From contig NIVC01003187.1 in assembly GCA_002269645.1 (NCBI GenBank), positions 1 to 64,000 of the forward strand: 64,000 bases of DNA. Reading direction: 5' to 3'. The notes beneath the pieces are model-generated. The model did not search any database and was not told where the DNA came from. It was given only the letters and a program-made list of their open reading frames with translations. The translations under genes were made by a program, and so were the position numbers. Source of the DNA: Macrostomum lignano. Its lineage: Eukaryota. Position 1 is the first letter of the stretch; each line of letters opens with the position of its first letter. Shown one piece after another: positions 12,230 to 25,628 of this stretch.

Positions 12230-12247
12230 TGGTGGCAGTGGTGGGAT
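12230..12247 (+). mobile_element. Relic tRNA-Leu primer-binding site of a decayed LTR element
   Basis: TGGTGGCAGTGGTGGGAT follows ...CTACA by 3 nt; it is complementary to the canonical tRNA-Leu 3' end. Confidence 0.55.
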
Positions 12248-13574
12248 AATATAATAGAGTAATAAATAAGGTCTACTATAGAATGGCTACCAGTCAATTT
12301 GGTGACAAGTCACTTTGGTGATGGACACTTTAGCAACAATTTTAGAACAAATGAATTTTTTGTGCCAGTAATTGCCGAATTAGCGACAAAGGGTAAGGCA
12401 TTTTGGCAAAAGCTGAATATGAACAACTATATAACAACTATTTATTGAGGGTAAAACAACAATATAAATAAGGTCACAAAGATAATCATTTTTTACTTTA
12501 ATACAATAATAAAAATACATCTACTGCCATGCACTTTGTTAAAACATTTCGTTAAAACAGTTGAAAAACTTCTAGATTTTAAATTGAATAAGTCATTATA
12601 AATTAAAATATAATATAGAGGTTATAAAGTAATCAGACCATTGAAGTAGCAGCTGTTTCTTTATTTTATTAAATTGATATATTCTAAAGAATTCTGCTAA
12701 CTAATTAATGGACTTTATTATATAGACTTTGAGCCGAAACAATATCTTATTTAGAACTTTTTATTGATTTTAACACGTTGAATGTTAAATTTTGCTCAAA
12801 GTCCATAAAATGGGTAGTCCAGTCCTATAGTCCATAAATTAACAAATATCAAAATGGCTTTAGTCTAGGTCTAAGTCCAAGTCCATAAATTAGTTATACC
12901 GAAGAAATTGAGAATTTGCCAAAATGGCCTAACATTGTTGCCAAAGTGACTAGTAGTCCTACAGAACATAGTATACACAATTTCTACTTAAAAAGCACTA
13001 TATATAGATAGTTAGCATTTCTACAAATTATTTAAATAACAACTTGTATAGCCTAAATTTCAACTTTTATACTAGGCCTAAAAAACTTCTTTGGTCCCTG
13101 AAACCAAATTCATTTCAACTTTATACTAAAAAAACTTTCCTGGTATAGGCCTAATAAATATGAGATTCATTCTAAAATAAAATCAAAATTAAAAATGCTA
13201 AGCCTAATAATGAACAATTGTGATATATACTTGTAATGTGTAAAATGTGTAATGCCTAACAAATAAAACCAAAAAATATTATTCATCTTACTCATACCAG
13301 AAAAGTAAAACCAAAATTCATCAAATATCAGACAAATGAAACCAAAATTATTTATCCAATGGACTAGTACTAGACAAGCAACATTATTTTATCAATAGGC
13401 CCTACTACATAAATTGGCACTTCTAAACTAAAGGACAAATGGTCATCCCAGAGATTCAACAATCTTAAGTTTTAAACGGTTTCAAATAGGGTTATAAAAG
13501 TTATATATTGAAGAATCAGAGTCTAAAGATTGTTATTTTATTAAGATTCTATTCCATTAGGCCCAAGGCCTATT

Positions 13575-16216
13575 ATAGGCTTTTCATATTAGGCTTACCG
13601 ATTCCAGAAATAGAATCGGTTTAAATATTTTCATAGTCTGTTCCATTTTCAAAATCGGTTCCAGAACTGTGTTTTGGTTCTGGAATTTGGATCCATTGTC
13701 ACTTGTCATGTTTACACTTAATACTTTACCAGTAAAATATTTGAAATTGATATTTGATATTTGAAATGGTACCCAGTAAAATGCGGAATCCGCAACGGAA
13801 TCGGAATGGAATAGTACAGTAAAACGCGGAATCCGCAGCGGAATGGTAAACTGCGGAACGAAGTGCGGATTCCGCATATTAAAGTAAAACGCGGAATGCG
13901 AAAATGAAAAAAGTAAAATGTGGAATGAAAACTAACTGAATTATACTTTTGTTCATCAACATCAACATGTACTAAAGACTACAAATAGCTATCTAGCTAC
14001 ATGTATATATAGCTTAATTTATTTAGAAGCTGATTTTTTGTAGTGTCAAATAAAGTTTCTATCATCGGAATGTATATTAACAACATATTGTGCAGTTTTT
14101 GGAAATAAGTATATGCTAAAAATACAAAAATAAATTTCTTTGCAAGAAATGTTTAAATATTCCATTTGCCTATCTTGCAAATGCATTCGGAAGTGTTACC
14201 ATGATGCTCACTTGCGCTAGGCTTCCGCACCAGTTTATCACAATATATCATGATATTAAAAAGTGCTTATGCATGGACCTGGCCTGATTTCCAAGTGCCA
14301 AAATGTGCTACAAGGGAACCTAACGTACAAGCAAAACCCTTTCCTGGACATCCTTTTTGATGTGACCAACTATTAACAGCTAATTTTCTAAATGTACTGT
14401 TTGATTGAATCTATGCATTAACTTTTCTGTGGACAAAGCCCACGAGATTAAGTTCCGAAGAGGGTTTACAGGCGACAACAACCCGCTTTACGGGTGTGCG
14501 GGTAGAGCCTCTATGTGACTATGACCCGAAACAACAGCCCAGCAGTTGATTTGTGTCCTTAGAAGTAAGCACTATTTGCAGGCATAGATTAATAAAGTTA
14601 ACAAAAAGGTTGCGATAAAAACAATGCCCATTTTTGTAATAGTTACTCCGGAACCCGATGTGCAACTATAAATATAAACGTATGCCCAGATTGATAATTT
14701 CCATACTATGACTTGACTTTGCGATTCAAACACTGCATAAACATTACAATTCGGGGAGTCGAATTTCTTGGGTTTGTCCTCCAGTGGAGGAGTTCCACTC
14801 GTTATACCTAACTTTCTATTGCCTAGAGAAGTTACTATATATGATTTATCTGATTCATACCCCCAAGCAGTGGTTAATTCGATAGAATAGAATGAAGGGA
14901 TTGTTATGCAAGTGAGAAATCAAATAATTTTATACATTTTCTTATATTTACTAGCAAAATAGAGCCCCAATAATAAATAATCAAGCACTTATTCGTTAGC
15001 GATTCGCTGTCCCGTCGCTGGCGAAAAGTTGCTGGCGAAACTTCGCTAATGTTCCGCTGACGATTCGCCAATGCGACCGAGGTGGAAAAACTATGTTTTA
15101 TGCTGCAGGAAGAAAAGTTCCAGACAAACACAGCTTTTTGAAACGTTCTATATGGGAAATGAAGAAAAAAATGTCGCCACTACTTCGCTGTCTCGCTGAC
15201 AATTCGCTTGCGATTCGCCGGCGATTTTCCCAGAGGGTACTGACTTTCCATACTGATCTGACTGATCTGACTTTCCATGCTTCCTTGTACTATTTATTGC
15301 CTTTCTTGACACTAAAAACGTAAAAGCGTCTTGCAAATCGTAATTTTAGCTTCGCTAAAATCAATCTTGTCCTAAAGTTTCGGATTTAATTTTTTTTTAG
15401 AAATGCACATTTAATGCTACGATTTTTTTTGACAGCAATAGGATGTAGGATGACTTCTCGCCACATGTCAGCGGGCACTTTTGAAATACATTAAATATAA
15501 AAATTGTACGTAGTATGCACTTTCGCTTCCAGAGTATGAATTTACCTTAAATAAGTTGCCAAAGCTCTATCTTCATTCCGAAAATTACTGTATCTTAACC
15601 ATTCTGCTGAGGATTTTGCTAAGGGAAGATCAACAGATTTGATTTGAGTGTCATAGTGACAATGAAAAAAAATTTGTTCAGCAAAAATGTACATAAATTT
15701 CAGATGTTTTTTTAAATATAAGGTGATGAATAAAAGTATAATTCAGTTAGTTTTCATTCCGCATTTTACTTTTTTCATTTTTGCATTCCGCGTTTTACTT
15801 TAATATGCGGAATCCGCACTTCGTTCCGCAGTTTACCATTCCGCTGCGGATTCCGCGTTTTACCGTACTATTCCATTCCGATTCCGTTGCGGATTCCGCA
15901 TTTTACCGGGTACCATTTGAAATCGTCAATTTTTTTATTATTGTTATACAAAATGTAGCTGCAATTGATGATATTGTGACATTTCGTAGCTGCAATTGAT
16001 GATATTGTGACATTTTGTAGCTGCATACATTTGTATTATTATTGTTTTTTGGTCATATCCGGCAAGAGGAAACAAAGTCAAGGAAAGACTAATATAAATT
16101 GTAAAGACTTGCAAGTATAAAATGAGTTCGAAGCTTTTCATTTTCCTACCAATTCTGGTCCGGTTCTAGAATCGGAATTATTCTGGTTCTGGAACCAATC
16201 TTCGTGAAAAGCCTAT
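13575..16216. mobile_element. Outer TIR element (ATAGGCTTTTCA...TGAAAAGCCTAT) hosting the MULE
   Basis: 12-bp perfect inverted ends plus related subterminal GGTTCCAGAA/GATTCYAGAA motifs on both sides; possible TA TSD. Confidence 0.4.
13768..15914. mobile_element. Non-autonomous Mutator/MULE-like DNA transposon (2147 bp)
   Basis: About 190-bp TIRs beginning GGTACCC(A/G)GTAAAATGCGG. Perfect 9-bp TSD ATTTGAAAT (13759-13767 and 15915-15923). No transposase ORF. Confidence 0.9.
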
Positions 16217-17250
16217 CAAATTCAATTCAATTGCAATTCAATTCATTCCATCACATCACATCACATTCACATCATGCATATTTCCGCTCAATTCCAGTAA
16301 TACTTAAATTAAAAAAATTAGCTCAGTGAAACTAAAAAAATACAAACGAAACTTATATAAATTTTTTAATATAGTTCAAAGCTAATATTTACGTTTCTTT
16401 GTAATCGTGTAATCGATCTGCTTTTTCATTAAAAAATAAAAAGCAGGTGAATTCCACAAAGCTGCATTATTTTCTAGGAAAAGTAGCCTACCTAACTTCT
16501 TTTGAGTTCTCCTTTGAGTTCGTCGCTCGTCGCTTTCGAATTCGATGGAGCTCCAAATCGGCGAATTGCGACTTATTTTAACTTATAATGCTTACAAAGT
16601 ATATAAGTTATAAACTATTTCTGCCTTTAAAACTTCTAGTGAGCAGTTACCTTCAGAAGTTGTGCCTAAGACTATATTATAGGTGGTAAATACATGTGTA
16701 AAAATAGGCCTATAGCTATATCTACCTACCGGGTAGCGCATAAGTAGGGCTTAACTATACAAATTTAAAGTTTAGTCTATGTCAAGGCCTAGGCCTAGGC
16801 CTGTATAAGAGACTAGTTACTTATGTGCCACCTAGTATAAAAATAATTGCACTTGCAGTCTGGGTTTTTTGTCAAATTCATTATGCCATTTGGCATAACA
16901 GCATCAAAATCATTATACCATTTTCAGTTTCGACATGCCATTGGCATAAGATATAGAATAACACCTTGTGAGCCTATAGTTTCCTTTGGTCACTGGTCAG
17001 ATCGTCATATTCCATTTCGTCATAGGCCTATTGGATGACAAAGTGACCAGAAGCAAATTTGCTTGAAAAATAATATGACAAAGTGACCAAATATTTAGTT
17101 ATGCTAGATACTTCGTCATCAACCAATCAATCTGTGCATGATTTGAGTTAGTGTAAACTATTTTTGTTTAATAACTAAAAGCTGCAACAAGCAGAACCAA
17201 TCGATCAATAGGTTTTATCAATTGAGATGACAAAATGACTGGGATCATTA

Positions 17251-18048
17251 GGCTCATTCCATATAAGCATGGTCGTAACATGACAGGTTATTTTTACTTA
17301 TAAAATGAAATCTAATAATAGAATATACTAAACCAATATTAGGCCTAATATTTTAAATGAAAGATTATTTTGTCTAGAATATATTTATAGAGTTTTATAT
17401 AGATATCATCATTAGTATAGATGCTATTAAACCTTAAATGACACTTATGGTCGTAACGACAGGATTTTTGACATATAGAAACTAAAAGGTAAAAGTCTTA
17501 TAACATTTTTCATTTTTGATATTTTGCAATACATTTTTAAAATTTGACTAAGAACATCTTTAGAAATCATACTCTTTTATTAGAATATATAAACTCAAAA
17601 GGCAACAAAGATACAAAAGAAAAGGCAGCCTTATGGTCGTAACATTATGGTCGTAACATATTTTTTTCTGTCAATTCAGTAACTTTGAGGTACTAATACA
17701 TTAAAAATATAATAGATTATTTGGTCACCAATGCTTTTATCTGATGATGCAAGTACTATACTTTTATCTATAGTTTGTTTCAACCTTCAAAAGCTTTCTA
17801 TTTGTTTTTAAAAGGTACAAAATCTTAATGATGTCTTTTGCTTCGAAAAATGTCCAAATTTTTACAAAAATGACTTTTTGCCAATTGATAACATACTAAT
17901 CCAACATTTTACCATTCCTTTATTCTTAGATTGTATATATTGCACAATATAAACATTTGGTAAAAAAATAGGCTAATTAGGCAATGGCAAGCAAAAATAT
18001 TGACTTTTTTCTATTTTCCAAATATGTCCATCTTATATGGAATGAGCC
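17251..18048. mobile_element. Non-autonomous TIR element (798 bp), superfamily unassigned
   Basis: 17-bp perfect TIR GGCTCATTCCATATAAG / CTTATATGGAATGAGCC, ATTA on both flanks, internal ATGGTCGTAAC repeats. Confidence 0.8.
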
Positions 18049-21000
18049 ATTAGGATTCCAAGTAAATATATTTAATTGCCACAATAATTCACTTAAAGTT
18101 GGAACTAATATGATTGGTGGATGACGAAATGACTCTCTTCAGGTAGTGCATGTTAATTAAGATGACAAAGTGACCATAGTTGAGGTGAGCACCCCAGACA
18201 CCCAGATGACGAAATGGCAGATAACGAAATGACTAGGAACTGTTTCCTTTTAAAATTCTCAGATTCATGGAGTGATAATAGCTTGCCAATTTGGCAACTA
18301 ACTAACAGGTATATACAATATAGAATGCATTATGAAATGGTTATACCTAATTAATGGACTTGGATTTGGACTCAGACTTGGACCCAGACCAATATTACTT
18401 TTATATTTGCTATTTTATGGACTTTAATCAAACTTTCTACTTCAGGTTTTATATATGAAATTTCTTCTATAAAGCTTTTTATTTAATTTTAGATATATTC
18501 AATATAGGCCCTAGTCCAATGAATATTTTGAAATCAATTAAGTCTTAAATTAGATATAAGTCTGGCTGACTCTGGCAATGTAGCAATGGCAAAATGGCAA
18601 AAAATTGTTATGCCATTTTGGCATAATAGCATCAAAATCATTATGCCACTTTTAATTTTGATGTGTAATGGCATGCCTACCATTTTGCAGATAGTGGGGT
18701 ATACGCCGGAAAATTCCGGCGTACACTTGATTTCTGTGGCGTATACCAGCATATATTTTTTGGCTGTGTACAGTGTAGCATACAGTGTGGTGTATGGCGA
18801 CTGGCATAGAAATTAATGTAAAGAATTTTTTGTGCTTTTTCTGTGTTAAGTTATTTTAAAAACCATTTTTTCTGCTACTATTTTCTCATTTACCAATCAT
18901 TTTAATTACTGGAATTATCACGACAATCATTATGTCGTTATTAATTTTTTGTAGTTTAAATATAAATTTAAATATTTGTTGATATTTTTACCGTTTTTTA
19001 AGTTGACATACATTTAAAATCTGTTGGCATACAATTGAAAATTCAATAAAAATGTGTCCGGCATACACAGAAAACCTTCCGCAATATGGCATGCCTATGA
19101 CCCACACTCTGGATCATATAGTATATGCCCAAAAAATTGGGCCTGCATTGGCTTTGCATGCCAAAACTAGGCATGCACAGTTGGCGTGTATCATTCCTAA
19201 GAAAATAGTGTATGTGCATACCTAGTGTGCATTTTTTAGAATCATATGGAAAAGTTATTGTGAATTAGCAAAATGATAATAAAGTTCTTTTTCAAGTGTA
19301 AATTTCAAGCTTTCTGGGTTTTTAAGCTTGTAGTAAAGCATTTAAACAAATCTTTGCATATATTGATTTTCTATAGTGAATAGTATTGCCAAATTAACCA
19401 AGTTATCTTTGGGTCCATTATACAATTCACAAAAAGTCATTTATTGTCACAACTGCACAACATAAAAAGGTCATTTATTGTTGCAACACAGGTATAGTTT
19501 TGAGAATGAGCATGCACTCAATTTTTTTGGCGTGCATTTGTAATTATTCAATTTTTGTTTGGGCTTGCACTTAGCATGATCTAGACTATGGCTTATGATA
19601 CAAAAAACCTAGATTGCAATAAATTTTAAAATAGCCCCCTATGTTTTTGGTTTTATAAGTTGGCTCATTAGACCCACTAGGCCTAATAATGTTTTTTTTT
19701 CCTATAGGCCTAGGCATGAAATGTATTAGCTTAGGCCTAAAGTTTAGTCATTTTAGTCACTATGGATAATTTCAATGGGATTTTGTAATTTTGGCTAGGG
19801 TGTCTAGTGAGAATTTTTTTAAATCCTTATTTTTTTAATTTGGCAACAATATATATGTGCATATTTTCATTCTATTTTTATTGTCACTCTATGCATTCTA
19901 TTGCAACTATGGCCATTATTATAGTGTCTAATACAGATTGGCCCCAGCCCCCTAGTGATATAGGCATAATCTAGTGTCCTAGCATAGGAAAAGGGATGTC
20001 CAGTGCAGTTTAGACCTTGGCTACTACACTAGAAAGTAAGAGATGGAAATACAAAACCTAATCATCTAAATTGTGAAACTAAATAGTTATAGTTAAATAA
20101 TAATAATAATGAATTGTAGCTCCTGGCTTAATTTATATCCTTAGTATAGAAATGAAGAACAGATTTATACCAACAATGTAAGTAGTTTTTCAAGGTCATT
20201 TAGAGTGTTATGTGTTAATGTTAAGTGTTAATATTAATTGTTAGTATTAATCTCTAGTTAGTATAATTAGATTATTGCTTATTAATATGACAAGCACATT
20301 GTTAAACCTATGAAGGAGTTATAAATATAAAAGTATTGCACAAAATCTTTATATACAATAAAAAAGAATTATAAATTAGTATTAGTCCATAGTTACCACA
20401 ATAATTTTGTAGCCTATTATCATTTTGGTTCCTTGTGTCTGTTAGTATCAATTCTAAGGATTTGTTTTCTTTTTTATCTTCTTCCCTTAGCCTTTTTCCC
20501 TTTGTCTCTTCCTTTTTGTCCTTAATCTCTATTCTATTGTAGGTTTCTTTAATTATCCTAAATCCTTATATTTCTTTTATGGTATCTCTATTTTTTTATT
20601 GACAATTTTAAATATCTTTATTTATTTAAAAATATTTTTGTAAATATCTAGTACTTTTTCTGCAAAAAATATCCTAATTATTTTTAGAAGCAATATATAA
20701 TAAGTATATAAAAATTAAATCTTTAAATCTATATATAGACCCTTATTATTAAAACAAATAAAAATATATATAAATAGCATTGTGCATAAATGAAGAAATC
20801 AAATATACCAACATGCTTAAATATATTTAAATTCCTTTAAAATATTTAAAATTGAAAAATCATCAAATTCAAATAGCATAAATTGCATTGTTGCTCAATA
20901 AGTAATACTCAAAGCTAAATAAAATTAGGTTTAATGTTTTTGTGATCTTGTGCAGTTGCATATCTATATTTTTATATGTTTAATTGGGTATCCACACATT

Positions 21001-21468
21001 TTTAGATTTGCTCCAATAAGGCCTTAACTTGTAAACTAGACAAGTTTGCATCTATTTTTGGGCAAAAAATCTTATTTGTTTTCTATATGCTATTTAAAGG
21101 TTAAAGATAAGGCTGAGTATAAATATAAGAAAATGTATTCTTCACAAAATAATTATTCAAACTCTTGAAATTATAAACAAGTGTATAAAAGTATAAGAAA
21201 GTTATAAATCCAAAATATAAAAAATTGTATTTCAAGATCTAAATTATTTAATTAATTAATTATTTTTTATTAACTTATGATGCCCCTATAAAATATATAA
21301 AGATAAAGATAAAAATAAATGCAATTTTAATATTTCAGAGTGCTCTGGACCATGCAAGAAGGCGTAGCAGCAGAAAAATAAAACACACTAATCCTTCTAA
21401 CTGTTACCAAGCCCTTGCTATTTATTAATATTCACTTAGGCTGCGCACTTATTTATTAGCTCAGCGTC

Positions 21469-23811
21469 ATGCACGAAGAAGAGAAATTAGAAAATGCACC
21501 TCCTGGCTTGTCGATGCCATCACATTTGGCGGCCTCTGCTGGAGCCACCGGTGCCCCACTGAATCTGAATGGCGACCCCGACGACTTGACCCTGTGGGAG
21601 TCGAGTCCCCAGGGCACTGTTGAGTCCACGCCAATCCACAGCAGCTTGGAGAGCACCAAGGCTCGGGTGGCGCTGCACCTCAACAATCGGCCCGACAGGC
21701 GCCGTCTTGTTGACTATCACATCCTCATTGACACGGCCAGCAACCCTGGCGTGTCCCCTATTCTGCACGAGGCGCAGAAGCAGTTGAAAAAGCAGAAATT
21801 ACGCGACGAGCTAAATTCTAAATTGGCGGCCAGGCCCGGCGCATTAGAGGTGGCCGAGAAAGGCTATTTGCCGCTGAGCATGGGCGCTCAGACGCTGCTC
21901 AAGGACGGCTGCATTCCCTTCACTAAGGTTGCTGACGGCTTTGCTGACACAGCCGCCTCCTCCAGCGGTCTGCCTGTCCTTGGCGATGATTCTCTCAGTG
22001 CCAGCTCGCCGCCGCCGCCTCTCCCGGCCCCTGTCTCAGCCTCCGCCACCGTCCTTGCCTCAGCCTCATCGTCAGTCTTAAATACAACTTTGACAGCGGC
22101 TGCTGCAGCCGGCCATGCGACATCGTCAACGGCAACGCCTAGTAGCTCCCGCAGGCGTGCGGGCGGCGCCGCTAAGGTTGGCAAGAAAACGCCCAACGGG
22201 CCCAATAGCAGTCAGCGTATTGAGAAGTTTGGCGGCCTCACCTTTCATCAGTACGTGCCGCCCGGGCCAGCCAATCGATGCCGCGAAGATCAACAGCGCA
22301 TGTACCTCCGCATGGAGGCTGAGCGGTCCCGACTGATGGACGAACTGCTGACCGAGATGGCCGGGCCAAGTGGCGCCGCGCCCGGCTCTGGCCGGCTCGA
22401 TCAGCACCTGTCCTCCACTCAGCTGCGGGCCGAGTGCAGCAAGCGCGGCCTGAAGCGGTCCGGCACTAAGGAGCAGCTCGCCGCCCAGCTGGAGCCCTAC
22501 CGGCGGGAGTTGGCCGCCGCCTATGGATTCCCCTGTCCGCCGCCTCCTGCACCGCCGCCGCCGCCTCCGCCGCCGCCACCGCCTCGGCTGGCTCAGTCTA
22601 TATCGGTGGCCAGAGGCCCAGCAAAATCCGATTCATCAACTTCAGGTGCCGCGTCCGCCGCCTCCGCTGCCGCTGTCACCAACGGCCCAGCTTCTATTGG
22701 CAACATGTCGGCCCTGGGCTACGCTTCAAGTAGCCTCGCTCGATCCTCGTCTGAGGGAGCCGCACTGCAGCAGTTGCAGTATCAGCAGCAGCAGCAGCAG
22801 AGGCTGCAACAGAGCAGGCTGGCCTACTGCCTGGTGCCCGTGTACCTTGATGCCAGTCAGGAGAATCCAGGCCAGCAACAGCAGCTACAGCATCCCATTC
22901 AGCAGCAGCAGGGCAACTCTCAACAGCACGGGTTTGCCATGGATTTTCCGGCTGGGTCTTTTGTTGTTAGCGATCTTAGGTGAGTGTGGGACGTAGTTGG
23001 AAGATACACTTGTCGGCGGGGTTTCTGTTTAGGGATCTGTTTAGGGATTTGAATGTTCCTGTTTAGGGATTTCAATGTTCCTGTTTAGGGATTTGAATGT
23101 TCCTGTTTAGGGATCTGAATGTTCCTGTTTGGGGATCTGAATGTTCCTGTTTAGGGATTTGAATGTTCCTGTTTAGGGATCTGAATGTTCCTGTTTTGGG
23201 ATCTGAATGTTCCTGTTTAGGGATCTGAATGTTCCTGTTTTGGGATCTGAATGTTCCTGTTTAGGGATCTGAATGTTCCCGTTTAAGGATTTGAATGTTC
23301 CTGTTTAAGGATCTGAATGTTCCTGTTTTGGGATCTGAGTCTGCCTGTTTAAGGATTTGAATGTTCCTGTTTAGGGATCTGAATGTTCCTGTTTTGGGAT
23401 CTGAATGTTCCTGTTTTGGGATCTGAATGTTCCTGTTTTGGGATCTGAGTGTGTCTGTTTTGGGATCTGAATATTCCTGTTTAGGGATTTGAATGTACCT
23501 GTTTAGGGGTCTGAATGTTCTTGTTTTGGGATCTGAGTGTCTGTTTAAGGATTTGAATGTTCCTGTTTAGGGGTCCGAATGTTCCTGTTTAGGGATTTGA
23601 ATGTTCCTGTTTAGGGATTTGATGTTCAGATTTGAATGTTTCTTTTTAGGGATTGGAATGTGCCTGTTTAGGGATCTGAAAGGGTTTTAGTCGCAGTACA
23701 CGTTGACTCAGCAGTAAGCACACGGTAAACCGAATGTGTGTCCAACCGATTTAGGTCCAGCATGCCGTCCAGCAGTACAGGAAACTTGCGAGCCTGGCTG
23801 GCGTCAAACTC

Positions 23812-23846
<35 letters not shown>

Positions 23847-25628
23847 CGCAGCATCCGCATCAGCATCATCTAAGCGAGGGCGGCTCCAACGGGCAGGATG
23901 TCTCCGATATGGACCTGCTTGACCAGCTGATTCGCGAGAGCTCGTCTGCCGATTCCCAGCAGGAGCAAATGCTCACCGCGACTCCGGCTGTTTGTGAGCA
24001 TCTCTGCAGTATTTATTACTGCTTGTTCACTGAATCACCGGGAAAACAGCTATATGGTAACCCAGTAAATGACCGGGTAAACAACTGGATAACAGGCCAG
24101 TGAATCACCGGTGAAACAACTGGATAACAGCCTAGTGAAGGGGTCGCTTCACAAGCTCGAAATTTCACAACCTCGAAAAGCACTTCCTTTCACAAACCCG
24201 AAACTTCATAAGCTCGAAATTTCAAATCCTCGAAAATTGTAGCAAGCGACTTCACAAGCTCAAAATTTCACAACCTCGAAAACCATTTTAGCAGCTTGTG
24301 AAGTCGCCTGCTAAAATGGTTTTCGAGGTTGTGAAAGTGGCTACTAAAATGGTTTTCGAGGTTGTGAAATTTCGAGCTTGTGAAAGCAACCCCTAGTGAA
24401 TCACTGGTGAAACAGCTGGATAACAAAGCCAATGAATCACTGGTGAAACAGCTGGATAACAAGGCCAGTGAATCACTGGTGAAACAGCTGGATAACAACG
24501 CCAGTGAATCACTGGTGAAACAGCTGGATAACAAGGCCAGTGAATCACCGGTGAAACAGTTGGATAACAGGCCAGTGAATCATCGGTGAAACAGTTGGAT
24601 AACAGGCCAGTGAATCACCGGTGAAACAGTTGGATAACAGGCCAGTGAATCACCGGTGAAACAGTTGGATAACAGGCCAGTGAATCACCAGTGAAAAAGT
24701 TGAATAACAGGCCAGTGAATCATCGGTGAAACAGTTGGATAACAGGCCAGTGAATCACCGGTGAAACAGTTGGATAACAGGCCAGTGAATCACCAGTGAA
24801 AAAGTTGAATAACAGGCCAGTGAATCATCGGTGAAACAGTTGGATAACAGGCCAGTGAATCACCGGTGAAACAGTTGGATAACAGGCCAGTGAATCATCG
24901 GTGAAACAGTTGGATAACAGGCCAGTGAATCACCGGTGAAACAGTTGGATAACGGGCCAGTGAATCATCGGTGAAACAGTTGGATAACGGGCCAGTGAAT
25001 CACCGGTGAAACAGCTGGATAACAAGGCCAGTGAATCACCGGTGAAACAGTTGGATAACGGGCCAGTGAATCACCGGTGAAACAACTGGATAACAACCTA
25101 GTGAATCACTGGTGAAACAGCTGGATAACAAGGCCAGTGAATCACCGGTGAAACAGTTGGATAACGGGCCAGTGAATCACCGGTGAAACAGTTGGATAAC
25201 GGGCCAGTGAATCACCGGTGAAACAGTTGGATAACAGGCCAGTGAATCCCAGGGGAAATCAGCGGTTCTCTTTGCCCCAGCAACACCGGTTGCCCCAACA
25301 CCCCTAATCCTCCGCCGCAGCCAACGCTTACCGGCGCGCGCACCAGCAGCACCAGAGCGAATTCCAGCGTCCGCCCCAGTCGCCAATGCAGCTGGACGGC
25401 GTCGCCATATTCAATGACGAGCCTCTGGCTGGTGCTGCAGTCGGCTCCGGCTATCAACAGCTGCAGCAGATGCGGGACGGCGACCCGCCGCTGATGCACA
25501 GCCTGGCGGCGCCTTCGCCCATGGACGTCGGCTCTGCCATTATCGCCGCCGACATGGACATCGATCTGGACATCAGCGTTGAGGATTACTGCTCGCCGTC
25601 TGATAGCGTCTTTATTGTTGACGCTTAA
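21469..25628 (+). CDS. MRTF: MRTF/myocardin-family SRF coactivator; exons 21469-22979, 23755-23993, 25321-25628 (about 685 aa)
   Basis: RPEL-like LNNRPDRRRLVDYHIL and LNSKLAARPGALEVAEKGYL; basic/B1 region LTFHQYVPP; SAP domain LSSTQLRAECSKRGLKRSGTKEQLAAQL; Q-rich region and acidic C-terminal TAD. Junction phases 2 and 1 match; total 2058 nt is divisible by 3. Confidence 0.9.
23030..23690. repeat. 22-bp minisatellite GGGATCTGAATGTTCCTGTTTA in MRTF intron 1
   Basis: Read directly. Confidence 0.95.
24040..25250. repeat. 35/36-bp minisatellite GTGAATCACCGGTGAAACAGTTGGATAACAGGCCA in MRTF intron 2
   Basis: TGAAT at 24541 and 24576 and onward; interrupted by a MITE. Confidence 0.95.
24139..24394. 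mobile_element. 256-bp MITE inserted in the minisatellite
   Basis: Ends AGGGGTCGCTT / AAGCAACCCCT; subterminal inverted TTCACAAGCTCGAAATTTCACAACCTCGAAAA; AGTGA on both flanks (24134-24138, 24395-24399). Confidence 0.8.

Noticed and set aside
18690-19105. Degenerate inverted GGCATGCC/GGCATAC motifs as a defined MITE
   Set aside because: The ends and TSD are too decayed to place; counted in the general TE graveyard.
21456-22996. Antisense and alternate-frame ORFs over MRTF, 7B2 and the LIM exons
   Set aside because: They are shadows of GC-rich coding sequence.
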